From a virus: 64,000 nt of DNA. The stretch is from the IMG/VR virus record IMGVR_UViG_3300035670_000027; one strand, written 5' to 3'. The position numbers and the translations under genes were made by a program. Below are positions 14,871-24,629 of this stretch, piece after piece (position 1 is the first letter of the stretch; each line of letters begins with the position of its first letter). The notes under the pieces were generated by a model. The model worked only from the letters and a program-made list of their open reading frames with translations, was not told where the DNA came from and searched no databases.

Positions 14871-15052
14871 TTAAAAAACTCCTCATCATCGAAATTATCT
14901 TCGTCAAAGTCTTCCGGATTGAAATTCTTCAACTTCTGTTTTGCCTTTAGTCGATCTTTCTTATTCTCTTTGGGTTGCTTCTTAGGCTTGCCAACCTCTT
15001 CTTCTTCATAGAACTCACGAAAACTCTTGTACTTTTTATCCGTCTTAGACAT
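14867..15052 (-). CDS. small charged hypothetical protein
   Basis: Coupled ORF. Confidence 0.7.
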   Translation of the reverse strand: MSKTDKKYKSFREFYEEEEVGKPKKQPKENKKDRLKAKQKLKNFNPEDFDEDNFDDEEFFK

Positions 15053-15053
15053 G

Positions 15054-15500
15054 TTAGTTTACTCTTTCTCCTACAAACAGAGATGGAATTGCCTCCTCTA
15101 CAACTTTTCGTGTGATGCCTTTGTATTTTAGTTTCTTGTCCTTGATCATCAATACAAGTTTCGCTTCTTCTGGAGATACAGTTTCAAGCATTTGAATAAA
15201 CATCTGCTCTTTCTTTGCTCTAGTCAAATTGTTTGGTATGCTCTTTACGAAATACTTAAACTTCTTGATCTCTTTAGGTAGTCTATTATAGCCCCAATTT
15301 TCTGGCATGTCAAGTGGTTTGTATGGGGGATCGCCTGCTGGTAGATCAATCTCTACATCAACACGAAACACCAATTCAAACACATCCCGAAAGCCAGGAA
15401 CAACTTTTGTCAATTGACGAATTGCATCAACCTTTTTACTTGCCGGTAATTCCTCAATGTGCTTGAGTAGTTCCGGGAAAGTCATTTTGCTAACATCCAT
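15054..15500 (-). CDS. conserved T4-like hypothetical protein
   Basis: LPxGxPPY and FIQMLE motifs; position after rnh. Confidence 0.8.
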   Translation of the reverse strand: MDVSKMTFPELLKHIEELPASKKVDAIRQLTKVVPGFRDVFELVFRVDVEIDLPAGDPPYKPLDMPENWGYNRLPKEIKKFKYFVKSIPNNLTRAKKEQMFIQMLETVSPEEAKLVLMIKDKKLKYKGITRKVVEEAIPSLFVGERVN

Positions 15501-15502
15501 GG

Positions 15503-16369
15503 TTAAAATTCCTGTATATGTTCCATCAATAGTTTCATACGATTCTTGATGAAATAGTTAAGTATCTTATCTTTGCCTTTCACTTCTCCAGGCACACGAT
15601 AAGCGTCTAAAATTCGACTGGAAAACTCTTCAGGTACTTTAGACAAGTCAATCAGACTTTCATTTCGCTTGTAGTTTTTCAGCATTGTTGCATCACAAAA
15701 TTCTTCAGGATTCTGTGTTACCCATATATTTAGTTTTTTCTCAATTACAGGCTTCTGGCGAGATTCGGCTACGAATGTATCATCGCTAGAAAGAATGTTA
15801 GGAATGCCATCACCTCGGTCGCCTTTGATGATATGCTCTCTCAGAAATCGTACAGGATTCGCTTCTTTGAGAAACTTCTTGGCAATCGGACTATACTGTT
15901 CAACATTGGCAAACTTCTGTAACTGCATGAAGTCTTTGTCACTTGAAAGAATCAGAATCTTTTCAGTAGATTCATTCTTCAACTCTACGCCATATTCGTG
16001 ACATAGTGTGCCAATTACATCATCGGCTTCAGTCTTGTCAATCTGAATCACTTTGTATGGAAAGTTTTCACGAATCTCATCACGGACTTTGTTCAGAGTT
16101 TCGAAAATCAAATTCCAATCGTATGGTGATTCTTCTCTAGTCTTCTTACGACTTGCTTTGTAGTATGGAAAGAGATCACGGCGCCAATACTTTTTGTCAT
16201 CGGCACAGATTACCATCTCACCATACTGGTCTTTGAACTTCACATTGTACATGCGAATGCTATTCAGCACCATGTGGCGAATCATGTTCTCATTGATGCC
16301 ATCTGCTTTCAAGCCAGGTTGCATCATGAGATTAGAAATCATCACTTGGTTCAGGTCAACTAAAATCAT
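15503..16369 (-). CDS. rnh: T4-type RNase H / 5'-3' exonuclease
   Basis: WRRxxFPYYK, EADD, SSDKDF and GDxGDGIPN motifs. Confidence 0.95.
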   Translation of the reverse strand: MILVDLNQVMISNLMMQPGLKADGINENMIRHMVLNSIRMYNVKFKDQYGEMVICADDKKYWRRDLFPYYKASRKKTREESPYDWNLIFETLNKVRDEIRENFPYKVIQIDKTEADDVIGTLCHEYGVELKNESTEKILILSSDKDFMQLQKFANVEQYSPIAKKFLKEANPVRFLREHIIKGDRGDGIPNILSSDDTFVAESRQKPVIEKKLNIWVTQNPEEFCDATMLKNYKRNESLIDLSKVPEEFSSRILDAYRVPGEVKGKDKILNYFIKNRMKLLMEHIQEF

Positions 16370-16377
16370 TATTCTTC

Positions 16378-17478
16378 CTAATTTGTCACTCTAACAATAA
16401 TTGTATCAGAATTCATCCTACCTGTCAAGTTTGTTTCCTTGGTAGTCAAGTCTGGTAGAATCTTCTTAATCTGAACTTTGCCAGCACTCAGCACATTCGG
16501 CAAAACAATCTCAGGCTTTCTCAATCGTTTGCCAATGGATGTTTGCTCATTGAAATTCTGTAGTGTGCTACCTTTGACTGTAATGCCTTTTGCATTGTCG
16601 GCATTGTAGACACCAAGTAACTTCGTTTTGGTATTGTATGTCCACACTTGTAAAGCACCAACAATCTTTTCTGGTGCAATGCTGACAAGATTCAACTCAG
16701 GAAACTCTTTCATGTAATTCATCTTTGCGACAACAAGCACCGCTGGCTTTTCTTTCACTCTGCGCTTTTTGCGAGTAGGCTTGTTTGCAACTGCACCAGC
16801 ATTGGCGGCAACGACAATTGAATCAAGAAACTCTTTGAACTTACGCAACTCTACTTTTGAAAAGTTTGAGTAACCTTCTTTCAACTGAGGATCATCGGTG
16901 ACCATTACTTCTTCAATCTCTTTTGCTCTCTCAACAAACACATCGCAAATTCGATTCATGACAACTGAAGATAAACTACGAGATTTGAAATACGAACTCA
17001 TGTCGATGTTTTTCTTGCAACCAGACATAATGAAATCATCAATCATACCTTCAATCTCGCCTGCTTCTTCACTTGCTTTCTCACGAATGCGGTCTTGAAT
17101 GCTTACCTTTGGTGTAGTATCTTCTACAGGCAAAGGATCATTCTTCAGACTGTTGTTAGCCATAGTCAAAAGAGTGTCATAGAACTCTTTGAATCTTTCG
17201 ATTGTTTTTTGTGAGGGTTTGAAGCCGAGAGTAAACATTCGTGCAAGCCATCCAAACTGTACAATGTACTTTGAATCTGGCAATGAACGAAATGCCGCAA
17301 TGACTTCTTTGGATTTGTTTGTTGCTTTGAGATAGTCGAGTACAAATTCTTTTGCGTCTTTCTTGTCGCAAGAGTAATTGTAAAAATTGAAAGCGCCCAT
17401 AATCTCGCTTTGCTCATTGTACTCTTCTTTGTTGATCCAATTTGGTTCAGTACCTAAATCAGATTTGATCTTTCTCAT
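16378..17478 (-). CDS. conserved phage hypothetical protein
   Basis: 366-aa ORF. Confidence 0.85.
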   Translation of the reverse strand: MRKIKSDLGTEPNWINKEEYNEQSEIMGAFNFYNYSCDKKDAKEFVLDYLKATNKSKEVIAAFRSLPDSKYIVQFGWLARMFTLGFKPSQKTIERFKEFYDTLLTMANNSLKNDPLPVEDTTPKVSIQDRIREKASEEAGEIEGMIDDFIMSGCKKNIDMSSYFKSRSLSSVVMNRICDVFVERAKEIEEVMVTDDPQLKEGYSNFSKVELRKFKEFLDSIVVAANAGAVANKPTRKKRRVKEKPAVLVVAKMNYMKEFPELNLVSIAPEKIVGALQVWTYNTKTKLLGVYNADNAKGITVKGSTLQNFNEQTSIGKRLRKPEIVLPNVLSAGKVQIKKILPDLTTKETNLTGRMNSDTIIVRVTN

Positions 17479-17538
17479 AATATAAATGTTCTCCAGTGGT
17501 TAGTTTCAATGTTCCATTCTGTAACAACTAAACTGTTT

Positions 17539-17862
17539 CTAGCGTGAATCTGTAGGAGTATTCGATTTGTTCTTAAAAAAGAAATCAAGGAACTTCTTAA
17601 TTTCGTCAGGTCGGAGGGCGGCTGAGTTATCACTATTCTCACTTGTGTAGATGTGGTCATATAATTCTTTTATTCCACCTATGTATTTTGTACCGAAAAA
17701 TATTTGAGGAACTGTTGTTGCGCCAGGCACAAGTCTTTGCAATTGATTGAGAGTGTAATCTCTTCCATAAATATAGAATCTGTAATTTGCTCTGGTTGCA
17801 TGAAGTAGTAATTCGGCTTTTTCACACGCTATGCTATTTTTTGCGCCGTAGATAAAATACAT
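17539..17862 (-). CDS. glutaredoxin-like protein (SxxC)
   Basis: TVPQIF and YIGG motifs; SIAC in place of CxxC. Confidence 0.75.
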   Translation of the reverse strand: MYFIYGAKNSIACEKAELLLHATRANYRFYIYGRDYTLNQLQRLVPGATTVPQIFFGTKYIGGIKELYDHIYTSENSDNSAALRPDEIKKFLDFFFKNKSNTPTDSR

Positions 17863-18470
17863 TATTCTAGTCTTGTTGTCACTCGCAACCTCACATGTGT
17901 TCCTGGATGATAACCCATTGTGATTGTTTTTGTTTCTCCACGATCAACATAAGTTACATTGTATCCAATTGTCACAAGTCTTTCATAAGGCACACTTTTT
18001 GCTTGACAGTTTTGTTGTTGTCTGTATCCTACAAATTGTGTAGTGTATCCGTGCGTAACTGTTCTTGGTGCAGAATCAATTGCATGACCAATTGCGCCAC
18101 CAACAATTGCACCGCCTATTTGTGCGGTACCTTTTGTAAGTGCAACGCCAGCGATTGTTCCAAGAATCAAACCTGCGTGACTGTTATTCTGAACTTGTGA
18201 AGTAACAGGAACATGTTGATATACGGGAACACTAATTGGAGAACAGACATATTCGGTCTGACTAAAAGATTCAGCATGTTGAATGGGATCAACTCGCACC
18301 ACAGGTATCATACGAATACCATCTTGTGGTACAACTGGCGCAACTGTAACTGGTGCCGTGATTGGTGCATGAGGGATCGGATCAACTTGAACCTCTTGCG
18401 TATAACGAACTCCAGCCTGAGCGGCGCCAGTAATAAATGCCATGGCAACTGCTAATGCTTTGAGTTTCAT
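17862..18470 (-). CDS. glycine-zipper 2TM (YcfJ-like) exported protein
   Basis: Signal peptide; GxxxG zipper; GYNVTY motif. Confidence 0.75.
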   Translation of the reverse strand: MKLKALAVAMAFITGAAQAGVRYTQEVQVDPIPHAPITAPVTVAPVVPQDGIRMIPVVRVDPIQHAESFSQTEYVCSPISVPVYQHVPVTSQVQNNSHAGLILGTIAGVALTKGTAQIGGAIVGGAIGHAIDSAPRTVTHGYTTQFVGYRQQQNCQAKSVPYERLVTIGYNVTYVDRGETKTITMGYHPGTHVRLRVTTRLE

Positions 18471-18495
18471 TTGACTGCTCCTTTCATTTGTATAT

Positions 18496-18551
18496 ATCAT
18501 ATCTCAATTTTTGGTGCATGTCAAGTGTGATGTAAGTGAGTACTTACTTAG
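18496..18551 (-). promoter_or_regulatory. sigma70 promoter with palindromic operator
   Basis: TTGACA-17-TATGAT; GTAAGTGAGTACTTACTTAG at 18532-18551. Confidence 0.7.
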
Positions 18552-18834
18552 CCCTTGTAGTCTTTCTTGCGGCAGTCTTTGCTTTAACTGCGGCTTTCTT
18601 TACGGCAGTCTTTGCCTTTGTTGCCACAACTTTAGCATCGGCAGAATCAACTTTGCCATCTTTGTTTACATCGGCAGTTTGTTTTACGCCTTCAACGGCA
18701 TTCTTTACTGCCGCTTTTGCATCTTCAGCATTGACTTCACCATCAGAATTGATATCAAGGCTCTTTGATGAACGATTAAAATAAATGAGTGCGGCAACAA
18801 CTACAACGATTGCAATAATAAGTAATGTTTCCAT
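18544..18834 (-). CDS. TM protein with two DxNxDG loops and a Lys/Ala tail
   Basis: DINSDG and DVNKDG; late promoter TATAAATA upstream. Confidence 0.8.
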   Translation of the reverse strand: METLLIIAIVVVVAALIYFNRSSKSLDINSDGEVNAEDAKAAVKNAVEGVKQTADVNKDGKVDSADAKVVATKAKTAVKKAAVKAKTAARKTTRAK

Positions 18835-18875
18835 GAAAATCTCCTAGTTTAAAGGGTTAGTAAGAGTATTTATAA

Positions 18876-19640
18876 TTAGTCCCAGAGGTTGCGAAAATAT
18901 TTGCCGAACAAGCGGAGACCGTTATTGACACGATCCCACTCTTTTTGTAGACCATCGTAGTCACACTTGTATGTGTGATTCGGTCCTTCTTTCATTGTGT
19001 ACAATGTAGGTTTGCCATTCTCATCCCACTCACATGGTTCAGAGTAATGATCCATTTCACCGCTACGATATTTGTCTTCCCATGCATCGTCAACCAAGTG
19101 TTCGAATGCAAAGATCATTTCATCAAGTACCCAAGTCCAACGGTCATGAATGTCATAACCTTTTTTATTCCAACCATGAAGATCGCTCTCATGGTAGAAG
19201 TCAAAACATTTTTGATCATCCCAATCTTCGGTTTCGGTTGTTCGCATTTCTTCTGGCACATCTTCTAAATCAACCATAGCCGAGCCGTGCTTTGTTGCTT
19301 TCAATTGTTTCAGCATTGGCAGAATGATAGGTGCCAATGTGCTATCCATTGACCAAGTGTCATAGCGATCAATCTTGATATACTGTCTACGCACTTTAAA
19401 CTTATCTACCCAAAGCAGAAACTTGTAGAGTAATGTCTTATGCTCTTCTTTGCGATTGAATGGATCGGTTTTTTCTCCATCCCAAGAACCATTTGCAAGC
19501 CAATGCCCAAAGTTATGAACCCACTCTGGTTCACGCTCAAATCCAAATTCGTCTTTTTCTTTTTTCGCCCAAAAGCAAAGCAACTCGGCTAACTGATATG
19601 GACCGAACCAGTTTTTATATGGACCAATGTAGACTTTCAT
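18876..19640 (-). CDS. hypothetical protein
   Basis: 254-aa ORF ending GLRLFGKYFRNLWD. Confidence 0.85.
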   Translation of the reverse strand: MKVYIGPYKNWFGPYQLAELLCFWAKKEKDEFGFEREPEWVHNFGHWLANGSWDGEKTDPFNRKEEHKTLLYKFLLWVDKFKVRRQYIKIDRYDTWSMDSTLAPIILPMLKQLKATKHGSAMVDLEDVPEEMRTTETEDWDDQKCFDFYHESDLHGWNKKGYDIHDRWTWVLDEMIFAFEHLVDDAWEDKYRSGEMDHYSEPCEWDENGKPTLYTMKEGPNHTYKCDYDGLQKEWDRVNNGLRLFGKYFRNLWD

Positions 19641-19763
19641 TTTGTTTCAACTTTCATTTGACCAAGTAACTCTCTCGCTCTATCACGAACTTCTGCCGTG
19701 ACTGCGTACCCATACATCTCAGGATTCAATAAGTCTTTAAGAAAGCGATATATCGCTTCGTTA

Positions 19764-20036
19764 TCAAGCAACACTTGGTGGTGGGTCGAATTCATCATCA
19801 TTTTCCTTCTGATCTACAAGTCTTAGATTTAAGAATGAATTTGTTTTTGAAAATTCATTCGGTAATGCTTGTGCTATCATCTCAAAATGATAGTTTCCAG
19901 GATAATGTCTAAGAATGCTTCTCGCTCTATCACGAACTGCCTTAGGCACTTTTGGTGTTGCTTGAGGGTTGCACAATTCCATGAGAAATTGATAACCACA
20001 TCTCATGGCACGATATCTTTCATCAGGTAGCGTCAT
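19764..20036 (-). CDS. hypothetical protein (MTLPDERYRA family)
   Basis: Start moved to MTLPDE; ATGA overlap. Confidence 0.75.
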   Translation of the reverse strand: MTLPDERYRAMRCGYQFLMELCNPQATPKVPKAVRDRARSILRHYPGNYHFEMIAQALPNEFSKTNSFLNLRLVDQKENDDEFDPPPSVA

Positions 20037-20481
20037 CTTCTTTCCACTCCGTAACAAATACTTCTATTTTCTTTTCATCAGTCCAACCTTTGCAATAGTC
20101 ATTGTCTTCATCGCAAAGTTTAAGAACTTCATCATAAGTAAGCACACGATGGCTTGTAATCGTTTCACCGAGATGCTTTTGCGAAAACTCGCTTGCTTCT
20201 TCCATCGTGACTGTATCTAATGCCCACAATGCTTTGTCATTGCCATAGTCATCAATACCTGTAGGCACTTCAACAACATATCGCTCACGGAACATGCTAA
20301 CAGTTTCAACAAGTACAAACTGAGTATCAACCTTCTTCATTTCAAAACTCCCATCACCACGATCAATCCATCGAATGCGATCACCTTCTTTCCATCCTGT
20401 TTCTTCAATAAGATCAGGAGGAAATTGAATCATTGCATCACCATTCTCATCTTCTTGCACATCAATTGTCCATCGTTTCAT
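20023..20481 (-). CDS. protein with AbrB/MazE-like N-terminus
   Basis: IQFPPDL...GWKEGD motif. Confidence 0.7.
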   Translation of the reverse strand: MKRWTIDVQEDENGDAMIQFPPDLIEETGWKEGDRIRWIDRGDGSFEMKKVDTQFVLVETVSMFRERYVVEVPTGIDDYGNDKALWALDTVTMEEASEFSQKHLGETITSHRVLTYDEVLKLCDEDNDYCKGWTDEKKIEVFVTEWKEDDAT

Positions 20482-20765
20482 AATATCATCCTTATCAAGC
20501 CTACACTATCAATAGTAACAAGTAGTAAATAGTTAGCGAGCATACCGAAACTCCTACGAGTCCAAGAAGCCCAGGCATACATGCCGCAACCAAGGATCCA
20601 AATAGGATAAAGAATAATAAGAGGTGGGGTTGGAACAGTAAGAGCCATGGTAATACTACAACCAATACTAATAGCCCAAGCGAGTACCTCAACAACAAAT
20701 CTAAACTTGTTAGACTGCCAATCATCTTTTATCCATTCGAATGTGTTAGTAAAAATTTCATGCAT
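20478..20765 (-). CDS. small membrane protein
   Basis: Three TM segments. Confidence 0.7.
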   Translation of the reverse strand: MHEIFTNTFEWIKDDWQSNKFRFVVEVLAWAISIGCSITMALTVPTPPLIILYPIWILGCGMYAWASWTRRSFGMLANYLLLVTIDSVGLIRMIL

Positions 20766-20797
20766 ATATGGTAGTGTATCACACCACCCTCCTTTTG

Positions 20798-21673
20798 TCA
20801 ATCCAAATGCAACAACTGTGGCATGTCTTTTAGGTAGGCAATTCTCATAGAATTCCAGCACTCAAACAACTCTCTTGATTTGTGCTGATGTACCAATGTC
20901 TTCATGGTATTCAATGAACTGAGAATGTTTACCATGTTCTCTTGCAACTCATTGTACACTTTATAATTGTATGGCTTTGAAAGCACCTTCAAGTCTTGAC
21001 GATGCTGAAGATAGGTAGAGAACATTCTTTCAGCAATGAATGGGAACATGTTCAACGATGCATCTCTACTGTAGTTTGCGCTACCATAATAAATCTCTGC
21101 AAGATCATCTGGCAGATTTTCAAGTCGCTTCTTAATCATATCAAGAAAGTCGAGATAGTCTTTCCAGAATGCGTTTGTTGCAATGAAGTAACTGCAATAG
21201 CAAGTATCAAGATTGGTCATCATTGCATTGGTTAGATTTGGATCATAGCCAGCGGCACCAAGTGCATGTCTTGCAACTTTAGTAATGCCCTTGTGAAACA
21301 ACTCACCTTGATCCCATACATTGTATGTCAATGCGTTTACGATTCTTGCATGATTGAAGATATACACATCATGCCCAGGATTCTGTTCAATCGTATCAAA
21401 AATTTCTTGTGCAGAGTAACGCAACTTGCCACCCCATCGTGGACCAAATGCACCCCACAAGTCTAAGTCTTTTGTGTGTCCCTCATCAAACAATCGATGA
21501 AAGTTATGATACTCACGCAACTCAGGTTGTTCATTCTTTGTATTGTCAAATGGTGTAAGCAATGGATCAACATTGCCCAACTGTCGCTCTTCAAAACAAA
21601 TCTCAAATAGTTTTACATTCATTTTATTTCCTTCTGCGTATTCGCCAGCAGTAGTAAATTTCAAATCATTCAT
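20798..21673 (-). CDS. hypothetical protein, possibly glycosyltransferase-like
   Basis: 291 aa; PFIAERMFS motif. Confidence 0.65.
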   Translation of the reverse strand: MNDLKFTTAGEYAEGNKMNVKLFEICFEERQLGNVDPLLTPFDNTKNEQPELREYHNFHRLFDEGHTKDLDLWGAFGPRWGGKLRYSAQEIFDTIEQNPGHDVYIFNHARIVNALTYNVWDQGELFHKGITKVARHALGAAGYDPNLTNAMMTNLDTCYCSYFIATNAFWKDYLDFLDMIKKRLENLPDDLAEIYYGSANYSRDASLNMFPFIAERMFSTYLQHRQDLKVLSKPYNYKVYNELQENMVNILSSLNTMKTLVHQHKSRELFECWNSMRIAYLKDMPQLLHLD

Positions 21674-22359
21674 TCTTCAACTCCATATCCATTTGGTGCG
21701 ATGTTACCACTCACACCCACTTTATCAACATTGACAACTTTACTTCTATCTAAATAATGAAAGAGAAGATGTTCGATATCAACATAGCCACCTTGCTCTA
21801 GTCTTGCAATCATGTGTTCGTACATTTTCTTGTAAACTTCACCAACATGATTATGCTGACTGATATCAAAACTCCATAGTCTACTCATGTACTGCAACTC
21901 AAGCCCACCAGTAATGTGTGGAGGAAACTGACTTGTATATGGTCCACGAATTACAATCGGACCATTGTGCCTATTGATATCAAAATTTTCATTGAGTGTA
22001 TAACGACCACTCATCTTGAAAATTCTAGAGTATTCTGAAAAGTCTGGACCATTCAATACATCCATAAACATATAGATTTCAATCAGATTCTTTACAATGT
22101 CATGATTGTTTGACTGTTGAATTTCTTTTACTCTAGGATGATCACCATAGTACATGAATTCATAAACATACTTACTGAGTTTTTCTTTTTGACCATCGTT
22201 GATTGGTTTGAGTCCACCGTCAATCAAAATGATATCTGCATTGTGGCATTTATCTTTGATTGACTTGCATGATTCATATGTCTGAAGAAATCTTTCTCTT
22301 GGCGTATAAATGCCATGTCTGGCATTGATTGCCGAAGACACTAAAAATAAATTTTTCAT
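21670..22359 (-). CDS. hypothetical protein, possibly GT-A-like
   Basis: KMSGRY and DIEH motifs. Confidence 0.65.
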   Translation of the reverse strand: MKNLFLVSSAINARHGIYTPRERFLQTYESCKSIKDKCHNADIILIDGGLKPINDGQKEKLSKYVYEFMYYGDHPRVKEIQQSNNHDIVKNLIEIYMFMDVLNGPDFSEYSRIFKMSGRYTLNENFDINRHNGPIVIRGPYTSQFPPHITGGLELQYMSRLWSFDISQHNHVGEVYKKMYEHMIARLEQGGYVDIEHLLFHYLDRSKVVNVDKVGVSGNIAPNGYGVEE

Positions 22360-22967
22360 GATGTAGTTTTCTTAGTCGCTTTCTTTGTCGGTGCCTTTGC
22401 TGGTTTCTTTTTCTTAGACATAATTTCTTTAACTTTTCTTTCAAGTCGCTTCATGACTTCTTCACCATCCATCCAGATATCTTTATTGTCAAGTATACTA
22501 CGGATTTCTTCTGGTGTCAAGAAGCCCTCATACAGTCTACGAATGATTTTCTCTGACCACTTTCTCTCTTTGGTCAACTGATCATACATCTCGCCACCTT
22601 TACCAAAAGAGAATCCTGAGTAATTGTGGAACATGAACAATGAATGTTCAGAGATTTCGTAGCGGTCTGCTGATAGGAAGATCATTGTTGCGGCAGACAT
22701 ACATGCACCTTCTGCTGATGCAACAACCATACCTTTGCATTCTGCAATTGCACGAAGGAATTGAATTGTGGTAAACAAATCACCGCCTGGTGAATTGATG
22801 TTGAACTTAATGATATCGGTTTCTTGTGCATGACGAATTGCTTCAAATGCGCCAAGATAATTTTCAGGTGCACCGATCTCACCAGAGAGATAGATTGTAA
22901 TTAAATTGCCAAGAGGTTTAACATCAATCGCTTTGTTGTCTGTTGAGATTTTGTCTTCATTAGCCAT
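22356..22967 (-). CDS. ClpP-like peptidase
   Basis: INSPGG, CMSAAT and FMFH motifs. Confidence 0.85.
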   Translation of the reverse strand: MANEDKISTDNKAIDVKPLGNLITIYLSGEIGAPENYLGAFEAIRHAQETDIIKFNINSPGGDLFTTIQFLRAIAECKGMVVASAEGACMSAATMIFLSADRYEISEHSLFMFHNYSGFSFGKGGEMYDQLTKERKWSEKIIRRLYEGFLTPEEIRSILDNKDIWMDGEEVMKRLERKVKEIMSKKKKPAKAPTKKATKKTTS

Positions 22968-23535
22968 TCACATTCTCCAATGTTTTAGATTTCATAAAAC
23001 CGTACTTACATATGTAGTACGCATCGATAATATCTGAAGAGGGATTCCATTGTTTCTCCGTTTGATTCAACTCCTCTTTCAAACGAATGGTATTCTCTTC
23101 TTCAAAAACTTCCTGCATTCTTTCTTTGTTTGCATTGCCTTTACCTGTAGCAAACTTTTTAACTACGGTTGGTGGTACAGTTTGAAACGGAACATGAAAC
23201 TGAAAGAATCTATACTTAAGAACTCCTGTGTTCTCGGCAATGTGAAACACTCTGCCTTTTGAACCCATTGAATAGTCTTCAATGTATACACAAACACCAG
23301 GTTCTTTTTCTAAGATTCTGTCTAGAAAAAAACTTGAGATCACTTCGTAGCGATGCATCTCGCTCTGATAGTCAAAGTAATGACCAGTCACATTCTTAAA
23401 AGAGACTTCGTATTTTTTTGATTGTGTTAAGTAATGAATAAAACAGTTATTGAAGTTAAACTCTCCTGCGGCATCATCAAAGATACACACCGCAGGAGAA
23501 GTCATTGAGTAATCAATGCCGAAATAAGTCATCAA
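22960..23535 (-). CDS. RuvC-like endonuclease
   Basis: GIDYS, IEDY, KKFATGKGNA and DIIDA motifs. Confidence 0.85.
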   Translation of the reverse strand: MMTYFGIDYSMTSPAVCIFDDAAGEFNFNNCFIHYLTQSKKYEVSFKNVTGHYFDYQSEMHRYEVISSFFLDRILEKEPGVCVYIEDYSMGSKGRVFHIAENTGVLKYRFFQFHVPFQTVPPTVVKKFATGKGNANKERMQEVFEEENTIRLKEELNQTEKQWNPSSDIIDAYYICKYGFMKSKTLENVNG

Positions 23536-23729
23536 AAATACTTTCTCAGCACCTCCAGTTTATCGTGGTAGTTTGAGATTTCTTCTAACTCTTTCTCAAT
23601 TGTACCCATGATATCTGGATGCTCTGCTACGCCAACGCTAGTATCTAACAACAATTCTACATTGACAATATGCTTAGTGATATGTGCCTCTAGATGTTGT
23701 TCTAAGGCTTGTTTAATTCTACCTCTCAT
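23532..23729 (-). CDS. hypothetical protein
   Basis: VGVAEHPD motif. Confidence 0.7.
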   Translation of the reverse strand: MRGRIKQALEQHLEAHITKHIVNVELLLDTSVGVAEHPDIMGTIEKELEEISNYHDKLEVLRKYF

Positions 23730-23910
23730 CATCTTTCCACTCCCAATCAGGTTCTTCTTCGAATTCATCATCATCGTATGAATCTGATTCGTTGATGTTT
23801 GATTCATCTAATTCTGCGCCACATACAGAACAAAATTTAACTTTTTCTTTTTCTATTTCAACCTCGTGGTCTGAACCACAAGATTCGCAGTACACTTGAT
23901 ATGTAGTCAT
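23719..23910 (-). CDS. zinc-ribbon protein
   Basis: Two CxxC motifs. Confidence 0.75.
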   Translation of the reverse strand: MTTYQVYCESCGSDHEVEIEKEKVKFCSVCGAELDESNINESDSYDDDEFEEEPDWEWKDDER

Positions 23911-23918
23911 CTATTCTC

Positions 23919-24629
23919 CTATTTCCAGTAATTTGAATAGTCAATACTATTCCAATACTTTTCATTATTGCGATTCCAGAAATTTTTAATCAAATACCAT
24001 GCCATACCAAAGTAACCCATCTTTTGAAATCGTCTACTGTCTTGACCAAAGTAGTGATTGATCAATGCAAACTTCTTCACATCATACTTTTTTGAAAGAA
24101 AGAAGTCTTCGCTTGTTTCATACTTCGCTGGAAAACAACCAAGTTCTTCAAACTTATCACGCCTTGTTAAAAAGAATGCACCAACTGCAAAAGGTACCCA
24201 ATGTTTCATGATACGATTGATAAGATTGAACATGCCAAAACCAATCTTTGCACGAATGTCATTGTCATAACACTTCACATATAATCCAACTAGGTCAAGA
24301 TTCTTACTTTCTAATTCTTCTACCGAATCAACTATGACTGTATTGCTAAAAAATCTTACATCACTATCTATAAACAAAATATAAGGTGTTGTGACAAGTT
24401 TAGCGCCGTTATTCTTTGCGATTGAAACTGGACCACCTTCAATTATTTCAATGTTCAAACGATCTTTATAATTGTTAATTACCGATCTTGTATTGTCTGT
24501 TGATGCATCGGCAATGATAATACGAGTTTCACCAATGTCCTGCTGAATCAGATTCAACAATAGATGACCGATATAGTTTTCTTCATTCTTACACGGAACA
24601 ACAATGGTTATTTTTTCTGATAGTTTCAT
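23919..24629 (-). CDS. glycosyltransferase family 2
   Basis: VVPCKNEE, DxxSTD and FIDSD motifs. Confidence 0.9.
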   Translation of the reverse strand: MKLSEKITIVVPCKNEENYIGHLLLNLIQQDIGETRIIIADASTDNTRSVINNYKDRLNIEIIEGGPVSIAKNNGAKLVTTPYILFIDSDVRFFSNTVIVDSVEELESKNLDLVGLYVKCYDNDIRAKIGFGMFNLINRIMKHWVPFAVGAFFLTRRDKFEELGCFPAKYETSEDFFLSKKYDVKKFALINHYFGQDSRRFQKMGYFGMAWYLIKNFWNRNNEKYWNSIDYSNYWK

